The notes under the pieces were generated by a model. That model was not told where the DNA came from. It worked only from the letters and a program-made list of their open reading frames with translations, and did not search any database. From assembly GCF_000016745.1 (NCBI RefSeq), contig NC_009483.1:360001-392000 (forward strand): a stretch of DNA of 32,000 nucleotides, read 5' to 3'. Made by a program: the position numbers and the translations under genes. This stretch comes from Geotalea uraniireducens Rf4. Lineage in GTDB: Bacteria > Desulfobacterota > Desulfuromonadia > Geobacterales > Geobacteraceae. Positions 26,355 through 32,000 of the stretch are shown piece by piece (within the stretch, counting starts at the first letter, position 1; every line of letters begins with the position of its first letter).

Positions 26355-26783
26355 CTACACCGTTGCGTGCGGTCTGGCGCGCAAAACCTTTTTCAGGATC
26401 TCGGCGGTCTCGGTGTGGCCGTTATTCTCCGCGTACATCAGGGCGGAGTTTCCCACCAGGGTTCTTGCGCTGACGTCTGCGCCGGAGCTGAGCAGGTCCT
26501 GAACGCACTCGTTGCAACCGTAAATGGCTGCAAGCATCAACGGCGTGTGCCAATCTCTGTCGCGCGGGTCAACTTCGGCCCCGTTTGCCAGCAATTCCTT
26601 GATTGCCCATGCATGGCCATTGGCTGCCGCGTAATGAAGCGCTGTTTTCCCCTTTTCGCTTTTGGCGTCAATCTCTGCGCCGCGGCTGACCAGATCGCTG
26701 ATTGCCCCCACGTCCCCTGCTTTTGCCGCGTCGATGAGGGGGGTGTGTCCGTGTTCGTCTTTTTCATTCACGTTCTCAGTCAT
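26355..26783 (-). CDS. ankyrin-repeat protein (4 ANK repeats)
   Basis: GHTPLIDAAKAGD, GKTALHYAAANGH, WHTPLMLAAIYGC and GNSALMYAENNGH occur at ~33-aa spacing. 142 aa, no signal peptide. Strong AAGGAGGAG SD. Confidence 0.85.
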   Translation of the reverse strand: MTENVNEKDEHGHTPLIDAAKAGDVGAISDLVSRGAEIDAKSEKGKTALHYAAANGHAWAIKELLANGAEVDPRDRDWHTPLMLAAIYGCNECVQDLLSSGADVSARTLVGNSALMYAENNGHTETAEILKKVLRARPHATV

Positions 26784-26836
26784 CGTGTCTCCTCCTTTTT
26801 CGTAAATAGTTTACCCGCGGGCAGTGACGGAAACGA

Positions 26837-27826
26837 TTAAAAGAGCATCAACCACCAGCCGGTGGCCAGAATATTGACGAGCGCCAACGGTGTCAGCACC
26901 TTCCAGCCCAGGTGCATGAGCTGGTCGTAGCGTAGCCGGGGCATGGTGCCGCGCACCCAGATGAAGAAAAAGGCGAAGGCGAGCACCTTGATGGAGAACC
27001 AGGCCATCGGCGGAAGGTACGGGCCGTGCCAGCCGCCGAGGAAAAAGGTCGCTGCCAGGCCGCCCAGGACGATGATGTTGATGTACTCGCCGACGAAGAA
27101 GAGCCCGAAACGCATCCCCGAGTACTCGGTATGAAAGCCGGCCACCAGCTCACCCTCTGCTTCCGGGATGTCGAAAGGGACCCGTTTGCACTCGGCAATG
27201 ATGCTGATGAGGAAAATGATGAAGGCCAGCGGCTGATAGATGATGAACCAGCAATTTGCCTGGGCGTTGACGATGTCCGAGAGGCGGAACGAGCGGGCCA
27301 GCATCACCACCGGCACGAGCGACAGCCCCATGGAGAGCTCGTAGGAGATGAGCTGGGCCAGGCCGCGGATTGAGCCCAGCAGGGCATACTTGGAGTTGGA
27401 GGCCCAGCCGCCGAGTGCCACGCCGTAAATGGCGATGGATGAGAGGGCCATGAAGAAGAGGAGCCCCACGTGCAGGTCGGCCACCTGCATGGGTAAGGTG
27501 CGGCCGAGAATGCTGACCGGCGCGCCGAACGGGACAACCGCAAAGGTCAGGATGGCCGGGATGGCAGCCATGGCCGGAGCCAGGTAGAAGAGCCATCTGT
27601 CGGCTCCTGCCGGGCAGAAATCCTCCTTGGTCAACATCTTGATCAGGTCGGCGAGCGGCTGAAGCAACCCCTGCGGCCCGACCCGATTCGGCCCCTTGCG
27701 GTCCTGTATCCAGGCGAGGATGCGTCGTTCGGCAAAGACCAGGTAGGCGGCCAGGGTCAGGATGACGAAGAAGACGCCACCGATCTTGGCCACGTGGAGC
27801 AGTATGTCGAGGGTGGTTTCAGTCAT
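26837..27826 (-). CDS. nuoH: NADH-quinone oxidoreductase subunit H
   Basis: 329 aa. ...ERRILAWIQDRKGPNRVGPQGLLQPLADLIK is canonical NuoH/ND1. The start overlaps the nuoG stop by 4 nt. Confidence 0.95.
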   Translation of the reverse strand: MTETTLDILLHVAKIGGVFFVILTLAAYLVFAERRILAWIQDRKGPNRVGPQGLLQPLADLIKMLTKEDFCPAGADRWLFYLAPAMAAIPAILTFAVVPFGAPVSILGRTLPMQVADLHVGLLFFMALSSIAIYGVALGGWASNSKYALLGSIRGLAQLISYELSMGLSLVPVVMLARSFRLSDIVNAQANCWFIIYQPLAFIIFLISIIAECKRVPFDIPEAEGELVAGFHTEYSGMRFGLFFVGEYINIIVLGGLAATFFLGGWHGPYLPPMAWFSIKVLAFAFFFIWVRGTMPRLRYDQLMHLGWKVLTPLALVNILATGWWLMLF

Positions 27827-29718
27827 AAAACCCTTGTTCCTCCACCTTCCGGGTCGAGGTTATGCAGCTTTTCCCACCGGTTGCCGAGCGGTTCGACAAT
27901 CCTCTCTCCGCCGAGCCGCTCGATCAAAGCATCTATCACCTGCCAGGCCGGCCGGACATCGCTGCCGGGGGCCACCCTGCCGTGGACCCGCGGCGGGTGG
28001 AGTGCCGGATCGAGCCCCTTGATGGGGAGTCCCGGCTGCATCACCTGCTTGAAGCGCTGGGCTCTCCCCTCGTTGTTGATGAAGGTCCCCTCCATTTCCA
28101 CCCAGGCGGTGGTGGGAAGGAATATCTGCGCCTGCTTGACGGTTTCTGTCGGCAGCCAGTCGGCGGCTGCGACGAAGGGGATGTCTGCCAGCAGTTCAGG
28201 GGGAATGTCCGCTTCGAAGGCGATAATTCCTCTTATCGTGCCGCCGGCGATTGCTTGCGACAGCCCCGGCGCACCATGTTCACGGGAGAGCATTGCCGCG
28301 GCAAAGGCGTTGGGGCCGGAAAGAAGGCAGGCCAGCTTCGCACCCGCTCCCGCCGCGACTTCGATCTCGTCAAGGGCTGCCCGGGACGTGCCGCAGACGA
28401 TCACCGGATTTCGGAACTCAGTGAGCGGGGCGGCAGCCAGCGATGTCAGAGGGGTGACCTGGAGACCGAGGGTTTTGGTCAGCACGACACCCCCATCACC
28501 TCCGACCATGAACAGCCGAGCTCCCTTGCGCCACGCCTGCCGCACTGCCAGGGCCATCATCGGCCCCTCCTCCAGCAGGTCGCCACCCATGATGACTACG
28601 GCGTCGGCAGCCTGCACGTCGGCCATGCCGGCGGCATTGTCCCTGTTCAGCAGCGAGACGGCGGTGGCGGTTCGATCGGCCTCGCCGGCATCGGCAAAGA
28701 AACTGAGGACGCCTCCGTCTGCGCATGCGGCCAGGATCGGCAGCAGGGCGTTTCCTTCCAGGGCGAGGCGGGGGGAGCCGACCACGGCAATGCTCCCTTC
28801 ACCGTAAATCTCCAGCACCTCGCCGAGACGAAGAACGAGGGCATCCAGGGCTGCTTCCCAGCTTGCCTCAGTCCCGTCTATGAGCGGGGTGCGTGGCCGC
28901 TTCGGGTCGTTAACGGGGCTGTTTCCGAACCTTCCTTTATCGCAGATGAACCAGCCGTTAACCGCGTCGTTCCGTCGTGCCATGGTCTTCAAGAGTTCCC
29001 GGTAGCGGGCGGCGGGGATGGTGTTGCACCCCAAAGAGCAGTGGGGGCAGACCGAGGGTGCCATGTCGTAGTCCCAGTAGCGGGCGCGGAAGCGGGCGGT
29101 CTTGTCGGTGAAGACCCCGGTGGGGCAGATGTCCACCAGGTTGCCGGAAAAGGGGGATTCCAGCTCCCCTTCGGAAAAGCGTCCGTAGTAAACCCGTGCC
29201 GCGCTCCCCATAACGCCGAAATCGCTGCCGCCTGCATACTCCTGGTAGAAGCGGACGCAGCGGTAGCACTGGATGCAGCGGTTCATCTCGTGTTCGATGT
29301 ACGGTCCCAGATATTGGTTGGTGTGGGTCCGTTTCTTACCCCGGTAGCGGCGGTTGCCGTGCCCGCCGGCCACGGTATAGTCCTGCAGCAGGCACTCCCC
29401 ACCTTCGTCGCAGACCGGGCAGTCGTGGGGGTGGTTGAGCATGAGCCACTCGATGACCATTTGGCGCATGCGGGCCGCCTCGCCGTCGGTGGTGGAGACC
29501 ACCATCCCGTCCTGGGCCGGGATCATGCAGGACATCTGGACCCCTTTTACCGGCCCTTCCAGGAATTTCATGGCGCAGAGCCGACAGGCCCCCACGCTCC
29601 CCAGGGCAGGGTGATAGCAAAAGTGGGGTATCCAGATCCCCACCTGCTTGGCAGCCTCGAGGACGTTGGTGCCTGGTGGCACTTCAACCGTTATGTTGTC
29701 GATCGTCAGTTTAGGCAT
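27823..29718 (-). CDS. nuoG: NADH-quinone oxidoreductase subunit G
   Basis: N-terminal 2Fe-2S ferredoxin fold (CYHPALGSVGACRLC), HPHDCPVCDEGGEC, CIQCYRCVRF and CPTGV motifs; 631 aa. Confidence 0.9.
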   Translation of the reverse strand: MPKLTIDNITVEVPPGTNVLEAAKQVGIWIPHFCYHPALGSVGACRLCAMKFLEGPVKGVQMSCMIPAQDGMVVSTTDGEAARMRQMVIEWLMLNHPHDCPVCDEGGECLLQDYTVAGGHGNRRYRGKKRTHTNQYLGPYIEHEMNRCIQCYRCVRFYQEYAGGSDFGVMGSAARVYYGRFSEGELESPFSGNLVDICPTGVFTDKTARFRARYWDYDMAPSVCPHCSLGCNTIPAARYRELLKTMARRNDAVNGWFICDKGRFGNSPVNDPKRPRTPLIDGTEASWEAALDALVLRLGEVLEIYGEGSIAVVGSPRLALEGNALLPILAACADGGVLSFFADAGEADRTATAVSLLNRDNAAGMADVQAADAVVIMGGDLLEEGPMMALAVRQAWRKGARLFMVGGDGGVVLTKTLGLQVTPLTSLAAAPLTEFRNPVIVCGTSRAALDEIEVAAGAGAKLACLLSGPNAFAAAMLSREHGAPGLSQAIAGGTIRGIIAFEADIPPELLADIPFVAAADWLPTETVKQAQIFLPTTAWVEMEGTFINNEGRAQRFKQVMQPGLPIKGLDPALHPPRVHGRVAPGSDVRPAWQVIDALIERLGGERIVEPLGNRWEKLHNLDPEGGGTRVL

Positions 29719-29736
29719 AAGGACTCAGTTCTTGTC

Positions 29737-30624
29737 TTACGTGCAGGTGATCCCGGCTTTTTTCTTCCGGGCGGACTTGTCTTCGTACATTCTCTTATCT
29801 GCCAGTATCAACAGGTCGCTAAGAGGTCCCTTGCGTTCGGCTGTCGCCACTCCTATGGAAATATTCACGGTCCAGCTTTCATGTTTCCAGATAAACCCGG
29901 CCCTGGATTCTCTGATCCGCCTAACTACCTTGTCGGCGGCCAAAGCATCGGTATCCGGGAGAAGCACGGCGAATTCGTCCCCGCCGATGCGTGCCAGTAT
30001 ATCTTCACTGCGCACCCCTTTTTTCAACTCCTGTGCTGCCAGCTGAATGAAGTGATCCCCGGCGGAATGGCCCAATGTGTCATTGATATTCTTGAGACCG
30101 TCAACATCTGCAACCAGGATACTGATCGGAAAGCGCCTGCTTTGTTCCAGCCGGGCCATTTCTTCGCTGAAAAAGCCGCGGTTGTAGAGATTGGTCAATG
30201 CATCGTGGTTGCTGACATAGCGGAGCTTATCCTCTGCCAGTTTTTTTTCACGCAGGGACGCAATCAAAGAATTGAAGGCGCCGGAAAATGCGCCGAGAAA
30301 ATCCACCTGCTGGTTAAGGTCGCCGGCGGCAATCTGCTGGGTCTGCCAGGTAAGGTGAAGCAGATTGGCATGCAACTGTTTAAACGGCGCGATCAAATGG
30401 TTGCGGTGCGGTGGATAGATTTCCAGCTTACCCTCTGAAAGCGCGGCAATGAACGACTGTGCCTCGACAATGGATTGAATCAATGCCGTAATGTTCCGGC
30501 ACAATGAATTCAGTGCCGGGTCTGAGAACCCTTCAGCGGGCAGGCTCTCGGGCATCACCCCTTTGAGCATTGCGGCTAAGGTGTCAGTCAGGTATTGTAA
30601 AAGCTGCTCGTCATGGAGGTCCAT
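29737..30624 (-). CDS. diguanylate cyclase (GGDEF domain, cytosolic, helical N-terminal sensor/linker)
   Basis: ALTNLYNRGFF...ADVDGLKNINDTLGHSAGD...RSEDILARIGGDEFAVLL has an intact GGDEF site and an RxxD I-site 5 residues upstream. 295 aa, no TM segment. Confidence 0.88.
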   Translation of the reverse strand: MDLHDEQLLQYLTDTLAAMLKGVMPESLPAEGFSDPALNSLCRNITALIQSIVEAQSFIAALSEGKLEIYPPHRNHLIAPFKQLHANLLHLTWQTQQIAAGDLNQQVDFLGAFSGAFNSLIASLREKKLAEDKLRYVSNHDALTNLYNRGFFSEEMARLEQSRRFPISILVADVDGLKNINDTLGHSAGDHFIQLAAQELKKGVRSEDILARIGGDEFAVLLPDTDALAADKVVRRIRESRAGFIWKHESWTVNISIGVATAERKGPLSDLLILADKRMYEDKSARKKKAGITCT

Positions 30625-30625
30625 T

Positions 30626-31159
30626 CTATGCCTTATGTGCCAGGGTGGCGGAGAACCTGCACGTCCTGTTGCCGGTCGTCCAGCAATCGATCTCTTTGAC
30701 TGATAATTCCTTGCCGGTATAGGTGTTCAATATTCCGGCCAGGAAGCCTTCGTCATAGCCGCAGAACGTCTCTGCACTCTCTGGTAATCCCGAACAATCG
30801 AGGTCCTCCGAGACTGTAAGCACAAGTTCCAGCTTCTCCAGGTCGGCTTTTTCGATACGCAGGATACCGATATTGAGTTCCCTGAGCTTTTCCTGGAGGT
30901 TGGCGATAAAGCCGTTAAAGTCGAGGGTTCTGTCCAGGAGATTGTTACAGAACTCGGTTCCTGCCAGTCTGCCGGCTTCGCGCAAAATATCGTTCGCCGT
31001 TTCCACGTTGTAGCGGGCAATCAGTACATCCCGCAACGTATACTGCATCAGGCGATAGACGGCGATGTCGGTGGTGTGTCCGAGATTCGGGCGGCCCAGA
31101 TCTATGTTGCCGAGGTCTTTCCACTTGAACCTGCAAGCCTGCTGTCCGTTGTTGAGCAT
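30626..31159 (-). CDS. V4R (4-vinyl reductase) domain protein
   Basis: 177 aa. ...AGRLAGTEFC...VSEDLDCSGL...FCGYDEGFLAGILNTYTG...VKEIDCWTTGNRTCRF is typical of the V4R/COG1719 hydrocarbon-binding fold. ATG 31159 follows GGGAGGG; the alternative ATG 31171 has no SD. The stop is 1 nt from the GGDEF start. Confidence 0.72.
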   Translation of the reverse strand: MLNNGQQACRFKWKDLGNIDLGRPNLGHTTDIAVYRLMQYTLRDVLIARYNVETANDILREAGRLAGTEFCNNLLDRTLDFNGFIANLQEKLRELNIGILRIEKADLEKLELVLTVSEDLDCSGLPESAETFCGYDEGFLAGILNTYTGKELSVKEIDCWTTGNRTCRFSATLAHKA

Positions 31160-31189
31160 GTTCCCTCCCATGGCAGGTTTGTCCGTACA

Positions 31190-32000
31190 TCAATTGTTGC
31201 CCCTGCTGAACGGGCAACGCCGCTTTATAATGTGCTCGCGAATCTCTTCCTCGAACAGCCGCAACAGCCCCTCAACCGGCCCCATGGCGCCTGGCGCCAG
31301 GGCGCAGAAAGCGAGATTGAGGTATTTCACGTGCTCACGGAGGATGTCGATGTCTTCCGTTTCTCCCTTGCCCGCTTCGAGCCTGGCCAGGACATCCACC
31401 ACGAAGGGGAGCCCTTCGCGACAGGGGGTGCACCAGCCGCACGACTCGCGGGCGTAGAATTTGACCAGGTTCAGGGTTGCGCCGACCAGACAGGTCTCTT
31501 CGTCGAAGACGATGATCCCCCCGGTTCCGAGGCGCGAACCGGCCTTGGCCACGGTGTCGAAGTCCATCGGCACGCCACGGTGCTCTTCCGTGAAGAAGGG
31601 GGTCGACGCTCCGCCCGGGATGCAGGCCTTGAAACGCTTTCCCGGCAGCATGCCGCCGCACGGGCCGTCGATAATGTCGCCAAGGGGCATTCCCAGCGGC
31701 AGTTCCATGCAAACCGTATTCTGCACGTGGCCGCTGATACAGAACAGCTTGGTTCCCGCAGCCTCGGGGATTTTTGCCAGCCCTTTGAACCAGGCCGGGC
31801 CGTTGGCAATGATGTACGGGATGTTGGCAAGAGTTTCCACGTTGTTCACTACCGTCGGTCCTCCCCAAAGTCCTTTGACCGCCGGGAAGGGGGGTTTGGA
31901 GCGGGGATTGGCCCGCTTTCCCTCCAATGCATTCATGAGGGCCGTCTCTTCGCCGCAGATGTAGCGGCCGGCCGAGACGTGCAGATCGATGTCGCAGGAA
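31190..32000 (-). CDS. nuoF: NADH-quinone oxidoreductase subunit F (5' end outside the window)
   Basis: AGRYICGEETALMNALEGKRANPRSKPPFPAVKGLWGGPTVVNNVET (FMN/NADH site) and ESCGWCTPCREG (N3 4Fe-4S). The frame stays open to the window edge. Confidence 0.92.
   Translation of the reverse strand, partial: SCDIDLHVSAGRYICGEETALMNALEGKRANPRSKPPFPAVKGLWGGPTVVNNVETLANIPYIIANGPAWFKGLAKIPEAAGTKLFCISGHVQNTVCMELPLGMPLGDIIDGPCGGMLPGKRFKACIPGGASTPFFTEEHRGVPMDFDTVAKAGSRLGTGGIIVFDEETCLVGATLNLVKFYARESCGWCTPCREGLPFVVDVLARLEAGKGETEDIDILREHVKYLNLAFCALAPGAMGPVEGLLRLFEEEIREHIIKRRCPFSRGNN

Noticed and set aside
27862-30438. 858-aa plus-strand ORF spanning nuoG and the GGDEF gene
   Set aside because: It is antisense to two genes with unmistakable motifs. 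Its composition is Arg/Gly/Ala/Pro-rich and low in complexity, as is typical of shadow frames in GC-rich DNA. No motif or SD is present.

Overview
GC-rich, Geobacter-like (Desulfuromonadota) chromosomal segment in three parts. (1) 1-7.8 kb, plus strand, housekeeping block: radical SAM/DUF2344 fusion, RNase G, purT, a small Rieske protein and rplU-rpmA-obg. (2) 7.8-13.7 kb, accessory stretch: a 1272-aa secreted S8 (subtilisin-like) protease with propeller and Ig-like repeats, plus an AbrB/PIN pair and a YefM/YoeB toxin-antitoxin pair flanking a small membrane protein. (3) 13.8-32 kb, minus strand: the distal half of the NADH:quinone oxidoreductase operon (nuoF partial, then G, H, I, J, K, L, M, N), which is unusually invaded. 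It carries a V4R + GGDEF gene pair between nuoF and nuoG and an ankyrin-repeat gene between nuoH and nuoI. Palindromic short-repeat elements sit in the I/J, K/L and M/N spacers. A 37-unit heptanucleotide array (28 perfect GAACCCT) lies between nuoJ and nuoK, and an in-frame palindromic insertion lies inside nuoL. A 5.4-kb AT-richer island between nuoL and nuoM holds a REP-flanked RAYT transposase, an IS3 element, an ISL3 element with a perfect 8-bp target duplication, and several small exported/membrane ORFs, one of them split by both IS elements. No rRNA, tRNA or CRISPR array was seen. All functional calls come from motif and family recognition by eye; no database search was possible.
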